From Octopus sinensis (taxonomy: Eukaryota), in the NCBI RefSeq assembly GCF_006345805.1, contig NC_043018.1:9300001-9364000 (forward strand): a stretch of 64,000 nt of DNA, given 5' to 3'. Below the pieces are notes generated by a model. That model saw nothing but the letters and a program-made list of their open reading frames with translations, searched no databases and was not told the DNA's origin. The translations under genes and the position numbers were made by a program. Positions 50,255 to 62,479 of the stretch are shown in pieces (position 1 is the stretch's first letter; each line of letters begins with the position of its first letter).

Positions 50255-50706
50255 GTAGTAAACCAAGTGGTTTATAACTCTTAGTGTAAATAGGGAAAGA
50301 GAGAGATAAGGATCGCAAGGAGAAGTTTCCTTGTCCGGGTTTTTCCTCGTGCAGTAAACACGTGGGTCAAGGTAGATAACTCCAAGGGTTAAACTTAAAC
50401 TCGAGTGTGTTGCTTCCACAACCGAACCAAAACTAGAATTATTTTTTACTTGAGAAAACGAAAGCAAAAGTTATATTTATAGATCGGATGAACAAAAATA
50501 ACCGTTCACATGCAGCATAAACTTATAATCACGACTGTATTAAATATTGATTTACATTGAATATTCCCGATAGAGTAAAAGTTTCTCTGACGGTTAAACT
50601 CTGCAGTACTTCTATATGGATATATGTATACGTGTGTCTCTGGAATCGGTTGAGCATCTAAACTTGTATTTAGTTATTGTTCAGTCCAACTTATCACTGA
50701 TCAAGC

Positions 50707-50996
50707 GGTACTACTAGCGAACAGTGGTCCCGGTGCGCGTACTCGCGCATCCGCGCTAGCTAGTCGTGACTAGTGGATCCTTACTTTGCGTTTTTGTTAT
50801 TTACTTTGTTTAAAAAATTATTTACTTTGTATTTTTGTGTTTTACTTAATTTGTTTAACAAAAATTAATTACTTTATGTAAAAAAATTATTTATTTTGTG
50901 TTTTATTTACTTTGCTACGTAGTCGTTCTAGGATCAATTAGTCACGACTAGCTAGCGCGGATGCGCGCACCAGGACCACTGTTCGCTAGTAGTACC
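50707..50996. mobile_element. Second copy of the Mutator-type MITE, OGG1 intron 1
   Basis: TIRs GGTACTACTAGCGAACAGTGGTCC; perfect 9-bp TSD TGATCAAGC. Confidence 0.92.
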
Positions 50997-51693
50997 TGAT
51001 CAAGCAGACACATGATCAAGGACGTTCTAACCGTGGCAAACTACATTATTTAATGTAGCCTTTCTTTTTCCAATACAACATAGCTACAGTTTGATGCCCC
51101 TATCTTGACTTTGTTTCCTCATAACATTCTTAAAAACACGTATTTTTAAAGGAGAATCTTGCAGAGATGGTGTAGACTACAGATTTTTCTTTAAAATCCT
51201 ACGTTTTCACAGTTGGAAGAGAGGTTTCGAACTCATATTTTTGAAAACTTCAATTTTGTTTTTTCGACGCAGTCGTAATCTGCATCACCGAAAGGTGTCT
51301 GGGCAAAATTTCATGAAAAGATTTTCCACTTATGAGAAAGTCATGAGGAAGCAACATCGTTGGTGATGCCAAACTGTAGTATAGACCTAAAAAGCACCAC
51401 CTTGAAGGTTTAGTTAAACCAATCAGTCTCATTATCTTTTGTCTTAAAGTCTGGTACTTGTTCTGTTGGCCACTTCTGCCAAACCACCGGATTACAGGAC
51501 CGTAAACTAGCACGGGCTGTCAGGCGGTGGTGGGGGTCGAACACAAAGACTCACACACATTTAACGGACTTCCACAAAGTTTCTGTCTATCAAATTCAGG
51601 GACAAGACATTGGTCAGCCCAGGGCTGTAGTAGAAGACTTAGAAGCCTCCCCAGGTCATTAAAATACTGAGCCAATATATATACATGTATATA

Positions 51694-51908
51694 CAAGGGG
51701 GTGCTGAAAAGGTTCTTACTTTAAGGGTATCACAAAAGGCCTGGTTGAAGGCCCAACCTGAGTTCTTTTACAGGGCTCAGAAGAATTGATGGATTTCCTG
51801 CAATAAGTGTGTGAATCTGTGATGGGAATATGTTAAATAAAATCATAATTAACTGATTCTCCTGTATTTTTTGTTATCCAAAGCCAGGAACTTTGCAACA
51901 CCCCCTTG
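51694..51908. mobile_element. Tc1/mariner-type MITE just upstream of the OGG1 exon 2 acceptor
   Basis: TIR CAAGGGGGTG...CACCCCCTTG with TA on both sides. Confidence 0.8.
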
Positions 51909-51968
51909 TATGTGTGTGTGTTTGTGTAATTATTATTATTTCCCTTTTGTTTCTTTTCCCCTGTGTAG

Positions 51969-52566
51969 ATGGAGCAAGACAAGTCCTTCTACATGGACCG
52001 GAGTATTTGCCAGCAAACTATGGCACCTTAAACAAGAAGAAGAAGAAGACAACATAATGTACCAAGCATCGAGTGGGAACCAAAACGACTGTGAGCAAGA
52101 ATTAAGGAATTATTTTCAACTCCACATTAGTGTGAAAGACTTGTATGAGAAATGGCGTGAAGCTGATCCTGTGTTCTGCAAAACGGTTGGAACCAAACTG
52201 CAAGGAATACGTGTTCTACGACAGGATCCTGTGGAAAATCTTTTTTCTTTCATTTGTTCCTCAAATAACAACATAGAACGAATAACTTTAATGATTGAGA
52301 AACTCTGCTGCCATTACGGAGAGGAAATTGGCAGTTTTGAAGAGAAAACCTATTATGCCTTCCCCACTGTGGATGCAATGTCTGTGTGTGGTGTTGAAGA
52401 AAAGTTAAGGGAACTTGGTTTTGGCTATCGAGCTGGTTATATCAGTAAAAGTGCTAAATATATTGCTTCTTTGGAAAATGGTGTCAACTGGTTGTATAAC
52501 CTTCGTAATGTCTCATATGAGAATGCTAAAGAAGAACTTCAAAAATTAACAGGAGTTGGTGCCAAG
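51969..52566 (+). CDS. OGG1: OGG1 exon 2 (WSKT...GIRVLRQDPVENLFSFICSSNNNIERI...LGFGYRA...LTGVGAK)
   Basis: TGTGTAG acceptor, GTAATT donor, 598 nt; RQDP.E.LFSFICSSNNNI.RI, GFGYRA and HhH GVGAK motifs, the last including the catalytic Lys. Confidence 0.97.
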
Positions 52567-53390
52567 GTAATTACAATAATAATTTTTTTTCCCCAGATTC
52601 TCTTTTGTTGTATTTGAGCTATCCAGAGAACTGCTGATGGTTGAGTACAGATCTCTGAATTCAAATCTTTCTGAGGTAAACTTTAGCTTTCATCCCTTCA
52701 AAGGTGGATTAGTGGTATTATTATCAAGACATCAGAATAGATGTCTCGTAGTATTTGATCCAGCTCTTTGCTCCTTTATGTTCACAGGTAGTAGAATTAA
52801 TCCATTGCCCAGCTTAATACTGCCACCTGATTCTTTGGTACTTTTAGTGGAATTCACTCTGTTACAAGATTTTGAGCCAAGTCTCCAGTTTGAAGATAAC
52901 TGCCTCCCTTTTGCCACACCTGTCTTTGAGGCTCTGCAAGAATAAAAGGGTCAGGGTACTAACCTTCCCCTCTGGCTAAGAGGCAAAGTCAAAAATTCAT
53001 TTTCCTGCCAATAAAAACTGGAGTTGATCATTGTTCCTATGAAGTCTTTTGATTCAGAAAGGATGAACTTTCTCTTATGAATCATACCTTTCTATAATTC
53101 ATATTTGTTCTGCAACTTAATCATTGGATGAAGGGCTGCACCTGTTAACCCCTTGTTTGCCTTACAGTCTCCAACATTAATGGGAGGAAGTTAGCAGCAG
53201 ACCAGAGATCTTGGCCAAATACTTGCAACAGGATGGATTCTCCTAAAGGCACCCAAGATCCAGGTGGTGGTGCTAAACTGGTCCACAGATTAAACCTAAA
53301 CCATCCATTGGTACAGACAGTGGTCACAACAAAGCAGGAAAAAAATTAAATAGATTAAACATTCACCAAATAGTATTTGAAACCCTAAGC

Positions 53391-53615
53391 CGGTGAGCTG
53401 GCAGAAACATTAGCACGTTGGGCGAAATGCGTAGCCATATTTCGTCTGCTGTTATGTTCTGAGTTCAAATTCCGCCGAGGTCAACTTTGCCTTTCATCCT
53501 TTCGGGGTCGATAAATTAAGTACCAGTTACGCACTGGGGTCGATGTAATCAACTTAATCCATTTGTCCTTGTTTGTCCCCTTTGTGTTTAGCCCCTTGAG
53601 GGTAGTAAAGAAATA
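53391..53615 (+). mobile_element. SINE family B with a Meta-domain-like core (other copies ~16325-16740 -, 19470-19640, 22625-22770, 47465-47645, 58060-58830, 61640-61865 -)
   Basis: Recurrent GAGTTCAAATTCCGCCGAGGTCGACTTTGCCTTTCATCCTTTCGGGGTCGATAAA block. Confidence 0.82.
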
Positions 53616-54250
53616 GGTGTTTGAAACCCTCATCTCCTTTTACGTTCTCTGATGTATTTATTAACCATAAACAAAGCTATGAGCTGAAATATTTCCAACC
53701 AAAGTACCACGTAGAAAGCATTCCTGCTGGTGTCACATAAAAAGCACTGGCACCATCAGTATCATCATCATCATCGTTTAACGTGCGCTTTCCATGCTGG
53801 CATGGGTTGGACGGTTCGACCGGGGTCTGGGAAGCCAGGAGGCTGAACCAGGCTCCAGTCTGATCTGGCGGTGTTTGTACTGCTGGATGCCCTTCCTAAC
53901 GCCGACTATTCCATGAGTGTAGTGGCTGCTTTTTACATGTTACTGGCACAGGGGCCAGACGAGGCTGGCAGCGGCCATGATCAGTTGGTGCTTTATACAT
54001 GCCATGCAAAAGGCACCCAATGCACTCTGTAAAGTGCCTGGTGTTAGGAAGGGCATCCAGCTGTGGTAACCAAGCCAAAACAGACAACTGGAACCTGGTA
54101 CAGCCCCTGGCCTTGCCAACTCCCGTCAAGCTGTCCAACCCATGCCAGCATGGAAAAACAGACGTTAAATGATGATGGTTTCTTTCCCTGCACAATAGGA
54201 TCTCTTGAGATGTTGTTCAAGTCTGTTTTGATTTTCTCTTTCTACCACAG

Positions 54251-54395
54251 GTTGCTGACTGCGTATGTCTAATGTCTCTGGACAAAACTGGTGCCATTCC
54301 AGTGGATACCCATATTTTACAAATCACTAGTCGAGATTATTTGCCAAAACTCCAAGGGAAACAAACACTTTCCACAAAATGCTACAATGAAATAG
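54251..54395 (+). CDS. OGG1: OGG1 exon 3 (VADCVCLMSLDKTGAIPVDTH...KCYNEIG)
   Basis: CCACAG acceptor, GTTCGT donor, 145 nt; VADC and PVDTH motifs (catalytic Asp, His). Confidence 0.96.
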
Positions 54396-54892
54396 GTTCG
54401 TTCATTATTTTACTTGTTCATTGGGGTGATACCCATATTGTGTGTGATGGTGATGTGTTGTTATAAAGGCTCACATAGAAATTAATGTCATATTATGCTA
54501 GAAGAGAGTAGTTCAGACATCCACAATACCCACAGTAAACTATACAATTGTATACTATGTAAATTTGATTAAATCTTTATAAGTGTCTGGGGAGAGTCAT
54601 TTTGTTTTTGCGTCTTATAATATAACATACTCACCGGTAAAATTTCTAGTTATTTCTTATTTTTATTGTCCTAAAATTTTCTTTATAAGTGTGTGTATGT
54701 ATGTGTGTGAGAGAGAGAGGGGGAGAGAGAGAACGTGCACAAGTGTGTTCAAAGAAAAGAGAAAAATACTAAACTGTATAAAGTAAAACAGACGTAAATA
54801 CATCTTGTTATTCTCTTGATAAACAAAAATAAGGAGATTATCTGTTCTGATATTTAGACCAAGTTTACCTCTTACATTTTTTCCTCTTTCAG

Positions 54893-54942
54893 GTGACCAT
54901 TTTCGAAATATTTGGGGAGAATATGCTGGATGGGCTCAAACA
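54893..54942 (+). CDS. OGG1: OGG1 exon 4 (DHFRNIWGEYAGWAQT)
   Basis: CTCTTTCAG acceptor, GTAAGA donor, 50 nt; WG.YAGWAQ motif. Confidence 0.96.
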
Positions 54943-55784
54943 GTAAGATTTTTATTTTTTCCTGAGTGCCATGTTTTTCCATTGTCTTTTAAAATCCCTC
55001 CAGAACCACCTTTGCCTTCAATTCCTCTTGGTTCATTAAAAAGAAACACCACTCAAATATTGGGGGTTAATTAATTTACCTACACCCTCTGCCACCTCCT
55101 AAGCACTGGAACTCTGTTTCTTAGGATAATGAGGGTTCCAGCTGATCCGATTAATGGACCAGCCTACTTGTGAAATTAACATGCAAGTGGCTGAATACTC
55201 CACAGTTACGTGTACTGTTAATATAGCTCTTGAGAAGATTCAGTTTGACACAGAGTGTGACAGGGCTGACCCCTTTCAAATACAGGTACTACTCAGTTTT
55301 ACCATCTGAGAGGACTGAAGTAATGTGAAATAAAGTGTCTTGCTGAAGGACACAATGTGCTACTAGGAATTGAAATCATGACCTTACAATCATGAACCAA
55401 ACACCCTACCCACTGAGCCACGCACCCTCCACCAATATAAAGACAGTCGTTATTACCATCATTGGCTTTGTTGAAACATGATTGTGACACGGTATGTATG
55501 AGGTGACGAGCTGGCATGGAGAGAGGAGGCTGGTACGCATGGGTGACTGCTGGTCTTCCATAAAACAACTTTACCCGGACTTATGCATTGGAGGGGAACT
55601 TTCTAGTTGGAATCCCATGATCAATCATGACTGAAGAGGGTCTTTACTCTTTACCCTATGACAATATGATGTGATGTAGTAAGGTGCAGTATGGTGTCAT
55701 GTAATATGGTGTGATGAGGTGCCGTGGGTTGTAAGATGATGCAGTGTTATAATTTTGTGTAATTTAGAGATAATTCATCATCAT

Positions 55785-56100
55785 CATCATCATTTAACGT
55801 CCGTTTTCCATGCTAGCATGGGTTGGACGGTTCGACCAGGGTCTAGGAAGCCAGGAGGCTGCACCAGGCTCCAGTCTGATCTGGCAGTGTTTCTACAGCT
55901 GGATGCCCTTCCTAACACCATCCACTCCGTGAGTGTAGTGGCTGCTTTTTACGTGCCACTGGCACAGGGGCCAGACGGGGCTGGCAATGGCCACAATCGG
56001 TTGGTGCTTTTTATGTACCAGTCAAGGCGGTGCTGGCATTGGCCACTTTTGGATGGTGCTTTTTACATGCCACCGGCACAGGTATCACAACTACAATTTC
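55785..56100 (-). mobile_element. RTE-type 3' UTR tail with ~57-bp internal subrepeats and (GAT)n end (also ~1467-1825, 2335-2695, 3290-3675, 53760-54175, 59610-59870)
   Basis: Recurrent TGGATGCCCTTCCTAACGCCAACC / GGTGCTTTTTACGTGCCACCGGCAC blocks ending in ATC/GAT microsatellite. Confidence 0.75.
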
Positions 56101-56203
56101 CATTTGATGTTCATTTTGATGTTGATGTACTTGACTCAATAGGTTTCCTGAAGCACATTTGAGAATATTAACATCAGTTTATTCTATTTCATCATTACTT
56201 TAG

Positions 56204-56248
56204 GTCCTGTTTGCATCTGATCTCAGACGATTTAAAGATAAAAATGAG
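56204..56248 (+). CDS. OGG1: OGG1 exon 5 (VLFASDLRRFKDKNE)
   Basis: ACTTTAG acceptor, GTGAGT donor, 45 nt; VLF..DLR motif (8-oxoG-stacking Phe). Confidence 0.93.
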
Positions 56249-56394
56249 GTGAGTAGCAATTACATATCTATGTATATATATGTCTGTCTCTATGTAGACT
56301 ATACCATACACACACATACACACAGAATAATTCAAATTACTTCACCACCACCACACTCATACTCTTGAAAGATTTAGGAATTAAGCTCTCCTAC

Positions 56395-56860
56395 ACTCCT
56401 ATTGTTGTTACTGTCATTCTTCAAAGCCACAGTCGAACCAATTCTACTATATGGCTCAGAAACCTGGACATTATCAAAGAAGCTTGAGAGGCGGTTGGAT
56501 GGAACTTACACTCGCCTCCTTATGAGAGCCAAAAATCTCTCGTGGAAGCATCATCCAACCAAAGTACAAATATATGGGAAATTACCACCTGTATCATCTC
56601 TTGTGAAAGGTAGGAGAGTCCAGTTTGCTGGACATTGTTGTATAGCTGAAAACGAGGTAATTTCTACTCTTCTCCTCTGGAAGCCATCTGCTCACAATAC
56701 CAGAGGGCGCACACTCTCCTACCCTGATGTAAGCTCCAGGAATACAGGCATCCAGCAACAGGACCTTCGTAATGCCATGATGGACCGTGAAGTCTGGCGT
56801 AGCATGGTAAATTCCATTGTCTCGACCACGGTCGAACAATGATGATGACGATGATGTCAT
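56395..56860 (+). mobile_element. RTE-type LINE 3' fragment in OGG1 intron 5
   Basis: VEPILLYGSETWTL...RRVQFAGHC...AMMDREVWR; ends in (GAT)n tail. Confidence 0.85.
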
Positions 56861-57402
56861 TGTTGTTGTTATCATTGCTTTTGTTGTTATGGTTATTATA
56901 ATTGTTGTTTTGGTTTTGTATGTTTATGTTGTTATTGTTATAATTGTGTGGGGGATGTTGTGGCTATCATTGTTGTTATTGTTACTCTTGATGTTGTTGT
57001 TAACATTAACATTGCTGTTGCTGTTTTTTGGGGGTTTTCATAGTGTTTCGTTTTTGGATTTGGTTTGCAAGATTCTTTATATGAGTTCGTGTGTTGAAGC
57101 ATATTCTGTTGTGTCTGGGGAGAGTCACTCTCTTTTAGTGCCTTATAATTTAACACACTCACCGGTAAAATTTCCACTTATTTCTTATTTTTATTGAGTC
57201 AAAACTATTGAAAAGGTTGCAAGATGCAACGAAAATTTTAGGACAATAAAAATAAGAAAAAAGTGGAAATTTTACCGGTTATTATAAGGCGCAAAAAGAA
57301 AATGACTCTCCCCAGACACAACAGAATATGTTAGTGTTGTTCTTGTTGTATCGGTCCTAGCCTCCATCTTCTTCTTAAGAATGTTTCTTTTTCTATTTTA
57401 AG

Positions 57403-57474
57403 GAACCACAAACGAAAAAGAAGAAAACTAGCAACAAGAAGACTGAGAAACATAAGAAGACAAAACAGAAATAA
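57403..57474 (+). CDS. OGG1: OGG1 probable terminal exon (EPQTKKKKTSNKKTEKHKKTKQK*), Lys-rich NLS-like tail
   Basis: TTTCTTTTTCTATTTTAAG acceptor, phase 0 compatible, ends in TAA; assigned on splice fit and composition, not on homology. Confidence 0.7.
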   Translation, partial: EPQTKKKKTSNKKTEKHKKTKQK

Positions 57475-57632
57475 TACTTTTATCGAAGATCAGGGTATCA
57501 TCTAAGCCCCTTCCCTTGAAACTGCTGGCTTAAATCACAAACAATCATTATTCAATCAAGTTTTTCAGGGGTCAACAAAATCAACTATCCCCACTCTAAA
57601 ACATTTCTGAACTTCTGCCTATGTAAGAAATC

Positions 57633-57686
<54 letters not shown>

Positions 57687-58546
57687 GTTATTATTGAGTG
57701 AGAGAGCAGTTCATGCCATCAAAGTGACACTGGGGTACAAATACACGAAGCCCAGTATACCCATCATGACTACCCGTCTGATAAGGGTACACCAGGCACA
57801 TGCATCACAACCAAATGTGCGCGACATGGTGATCTCATATCAAGATAAACAGCACATGACCTTGCAGGTGGGGCCCACTTAAAATTTTCTTCAGGTCAAG
57901 TAACCCATCCTGCTCAAAAGGTCCCTGAATAAGGGTTGTTTAAGGATGTTGAACGAAACACCCATGTTTCCAGAGGTGAATTATTCAAACCCCAAAGAAT
58001 CCCTCTCAACACATGGGTATGATGCTCCCCCACTTATTATTATTATTATTATTGTTGTGGTGGCAAGCTGGCAGAATTGTTAGCATGCTAGGCAACAAGC
58101 TTAGCAGCACTTTACCCGTCATTATGTTCTGAGTTCAAATTCCGCTGAGGTCGACTTTGCCTTTCATCCTTTCAGGGTCAATAAATAAAGTACCAGTGAA
58201 ATACTGGGGTCAATGTAATCAACTTGTCCCCTCCCCCGAAATTTCAGGTCTTGTGCCTTTAGTAGAAAGGATTATTATTATTGTTGTTAAGGTGTGAGCC
58301 GGCAGAATTGTTAGCATTCCAAACAAAATATATAACGGCATCTCATCTGTTTTTATATTTTGATTTTAGACTCCATTGTGGTCAACTTTCTCTCAGGGTC
58401 AATGAAATTAGTACCAGCTGAACACTGGGGTTAATATAATCAACTAGCCTCCTCCCCAATAATTTCAGGCCTTGTGCCTATAGTAGAAAGATATTTATCA
58501 TCATCATCATCATCATCATTATTATCATTATTATTATTATTATTAT

Positions 58547-58585
<39 letters not shown>

Positions 58586-58821
58586 CAGTAGCAGCAGCAG
58601 TAGTAGTAATAGTAGGAAGAGGAGGATCATTAGCATGCCAGGCAAAATGCTTAGTGATATTTTGCCTGTCGTTATGTTCTGAGTTCAAATTTTGCCAAGG
58701 CTGACTTTGGCTTTCATCCTTTCAGGGTCAATAAATTAAGTACCAGTAAAACACTGGGGTTGATGTAATTGACCAGTCCCCTCCCCCCCAAATTTCATGC
58801 CTTGTGCCTTTAGTAGTAAGG

Positions 58822-58853
<32 letters not shown>

Positions 58854-60871
58854 GAGGGTGAAATGTTGGCAGAAACAGTGCGGTATTAAACTCAATAGTA
58901 TTGTGCTGGTTAAATAATGTTATTAGCAAACCAAACCAGATAATTTAACTTCATGGTTTTCAGCCCCCTACTTCCTCTGTTCCAGTCAATATAAGGCTGG
59001 ATTTGGGGGGTTTTCTTCATACCTGTAAAATATCAATATTATTTTCTTATTACTTTTATATATGTTTATGTTTTTTTTTTGATAGTTTTGTAATAAAATC
59101 TATTTAAAAAAGAAAATTATAATTCTTCAATTTGTATTTTTGGTCATTGTATCTAAGAAGGCTCATTACACATCAATAAAACCACACACACTGGTTTAAT
59201 TTCACTTCTTTAATTGGTTAGTTATTTAACCAACCAACTATTGATTGCTAACATAATCAGATAGATAAACACTCAATCAGTTGTCTGTCAAAGTCCTTTC
59301 ATTGCTATTCACGACCTCATCAATGACATACCCTCTCTCCTCCAGGTTCAAATCTGTCTCATTTTTTTTCTTACAAGAAGTCTGGTGTTAAAAATGGTAA
59401 CAACATGGTTATATGTTCAAACCTGGCTGTAGTCAGTGTGCTATATTATCTGAGCAAGCAGATAATTATTTCCTCCTATTTGCTTGATTGGCAAAAGTAA
59501 AACTGGTTCTCTTTCTACTTAAGTAGTTTGTGGTATTTATTGACCTTTCAGTCGTAAACACAAAAACAATTCATCTAACATAGTATCATGACCATACATG
59601 CAAACAAAACTGGACGTTGAGCAGTAATGTGGCACGTAAAAAGCACCAACTGATCGTGGCCGTTGCCAGCCTCCCCTGGACCCTGTGCTGGTGGCACGTA
59701 AAAAGCACCCACTTTACTCATGGAGTGGTTGGTGTTAGGAAGGGCATCCAGCTGTAGAAACATTGCCAGATCAGATTGGAGCCTGGTGCAGCCTCATGAC
59801 TTCCCAGATCCCGGTCGAACCATCCAACCCATGCTAGCATGGAAAATGGACGTTAAACGATGATGATGATTATAAAACCAGCCATTGTTGTCATTATCAG
59901 TATCATCATTGTTGTTGTCATCATCATCATCATCATCATCACCATTCTTATCATCTTTGTTGCCTTTCTAAATATCATATTGTCATCACATTGTCACAAT
60001 GTGTCATGTCATCATTTCGAAGCTATCCAACCTAGCTCTGCCTTAATCCACTCTTTCCTCTTCTTCTCATCTTCCTCGGATGCGTCACTCCTTCACGTCA
60101 TACGAAACATTTTAACGACTTTGGTCTTAAGCAGCTGCTAAGTTGATAGTGTTTAGCTCCAGTACAGTCTTCATTGCACAGATTTTCGATCAAAGACAGG
60201 CTGGCCATGCCAACCATGGCATGATGTGATTTGAGGGAGATGCGGTTACTATTGCTAGCAGATTGAGAGATTACATAGAAGTCCCTTCATCGGCATACAA
60301 GCCACTCATTCAGTTCAGATTGCTGTTGTCATAGGGATGGGAAACTGAAGATATAAGTACTGACTCTCCTTAAGTGCCCAGTCTGGTTGGCGTCTCTACT
60401 GCAGGTCACCAATACAGGATTTACCTTAAATGCCATGTCATGTTAACGTTGCTATAGATACGGCAACTGAAGATGTAGGTCATCAGTAAAGATTTCATGC
60501 CGGCCAGTCCCAGTTTCTGCTCTGTTCTACAAGTTCTTGGTATTTGGCAAGCTTCCTAGATTACGGGTTAATTCTGAGTCATTATTCAGTTAATTCAGTG
60601 TCGTCAATTCATTATAGGCGAGTTTGCTGCCATCAATTCACCATGAAGAAAGTTCACCTTGAGGAAAGTTACTGAGAAAATATATCTTTGGTATCTCAGC
60701 ATTGATAGTTAAAAATTATTTTATTCGGGAAAAAATGGTGAATTGATGTCAGTGAACTTTCTCTGTAGTGAACTGATGATGGTGAAATTACTGGACAAGA
60801 GCTTCTTTCCAAGAGCCTCCTCCATATGTTCTTCCCAGGGCTTCCCAGTAAAGTTTTTAGTAGGAAATGTA

Positions 60872-61354
60872 CTGTAAATCCTCGAGTATAACCCACCCTT
60901 GAATATAATATGTAGGGGATTTTCAGAGGGCTGTATCTCTGAAAAACCTAAACCTTGTGTATAATACGCACCCCTTCTCTAACTTGAGCCAAGGAGATCT
61001 ATATAACGTCCTTGGTTTGTAAAGATGTATACGGTAACGTCCTTTATTATTATTGTATATATAACATAATGCAAACGTGTAGCTTTTTTGTGCATTTTGT
61101 TTGCAGAAAATAAAGAAATAACAGTAATAACGTTTAATAAATGCTGCTTACTGCAAGTTATGGATGATTCTTTTTTTACTTCATTGCTTTCAGGCTTAGC
61201 TTAAGGTATTTTCGTGCCCGACATCAGAAAATGCGTCTGAATAAACATTGCCAGACAGCAAATAGAGACTTGGACATTGCTTAAAAATAATTTTTATTTT
61301 TAACCTTTAAATTTTTTTGGGGGGGGGATGCGGATTATACTCAGGGATTTACGG
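60872..61354. mobile_element. pogo/Tigger-type MITE
   Basis: Imperfect TIR CTGTAAATCCTCGAGTATAA / TTATACTCAGGGATTTACGG with TA flanks. Confidence 0.7.
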
Positions 61355-62178
61355 TATGCAAAATAAAGGATATTAAACGCCATGATCCTCACATCAAGGA
61401 ACTTCAATATATCGTGTCCTTTACTTTCCCTTGACTATAAGGTATGATTTGAGGGAGATTGGATTCTGTTTCTACAGCTACACAGAGTCCTTCCCCATTC
61501 CGGTGTTGGCAGAAATGATAAGTTGTTGACGGTGAGTTTTATATTGCATTGGGTTGTTAAAAGGATTTCTGTTAAATCATCGCAGCTCCCTGCCCCGCCC
61601 CGTCCTGCCCCGTCCCACTAATAACAACAGGAATATTTTATACTTCTTATTTCTTTATTGCCCACAAGGGGCTAAACATAGAGAGGACAGACAAAGGGAT
61701 TGAGTTGATTACATCGACCCCAGTGCGTAACTGGTACTTAATTTTTCGACCCCGAAAGGATGAAAGGCAAAGTCGACCTCGGTGGAATTTGAACTCAGAA
61801 CGTAACGGCAGGCGAAATACGGCTACACATTTCGCCCGGCGTGCTAACAGTTCTGCCAGCTCCTCACCTTATACTTCTTGATATATCCATTCAACCGCAG
61901 AAAGCTTTGTCCTTCAGTAACATACTGGTGTTCAATCAGTTATATTCTGTGACTGTAGCAATATCAATATTGGAAATATTAAAAATTCGATTAAGCAAGG
62001 GAGATAACTCCAATAAGATTATCGAAATCTATTTATTTATTTTACATCTGGCCCCAAATGTATTGCCTTTACCTTTTATCTTGTCTCAGTCAATTGACTG
62101 CAGCCATGCTGGAGCACTGCCTTGGAGGGTTTTAGTCGAACAAGTCGACCCCAGGATTTATTCTTTGTAAGTCTAGTA

Positions 62179-62479
62179 CAGTGGTTCCCAAACTTTTTTT
62201 GACACCCAGACCACATTCCCAGCGCCCTCGCCCCCAACTGACCCTCACAAACATAGACCCTTTTCTGAAACAAATTCAAAGCAACTGTATTTCACAAATA
62301 AAACTTAACCTAACGAACCCATAATTTTGTTGCTTTTACATGAATCACTACCCCCATTATTGCTCCCACTTCTTACATGAATCGCTCCCCTATTATCACC
62401 CCACTTTCCTTCAATGTCCCTTTGGAACTTTTCACCCCACCCCCAGTTGGGGCAATACCGCCCACTTTGGGAACCACTG
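62179..62479. mobile_element. hAT-type MITE nested in a SINE
   Basis: TIR CAGTGGTTCCCAAA / TTTGGGAACCACTG; interrupts SINE sequence. Confidence 0.8.

Noticed and set aside
59270-59330. Minus-strand GTCA-TTGATGA...GAAA...TGAC hammerhead-like pattern
   Set aside because: Stems II and III do not pair; likely chance
60424-60558. Possible minus-strand exon (EACQIPRTCRTEQKLGLAGMK...)
   Set aside because: Weak acceptor, no recognisable homology, no partner exons
61194-61290. Alternative OGG1 3' exon after a strong TTTCAG acceptor
   Set aside because: Lies inside the pogo-type MITE 60872-61354 and gives an immediate stop in phase 0
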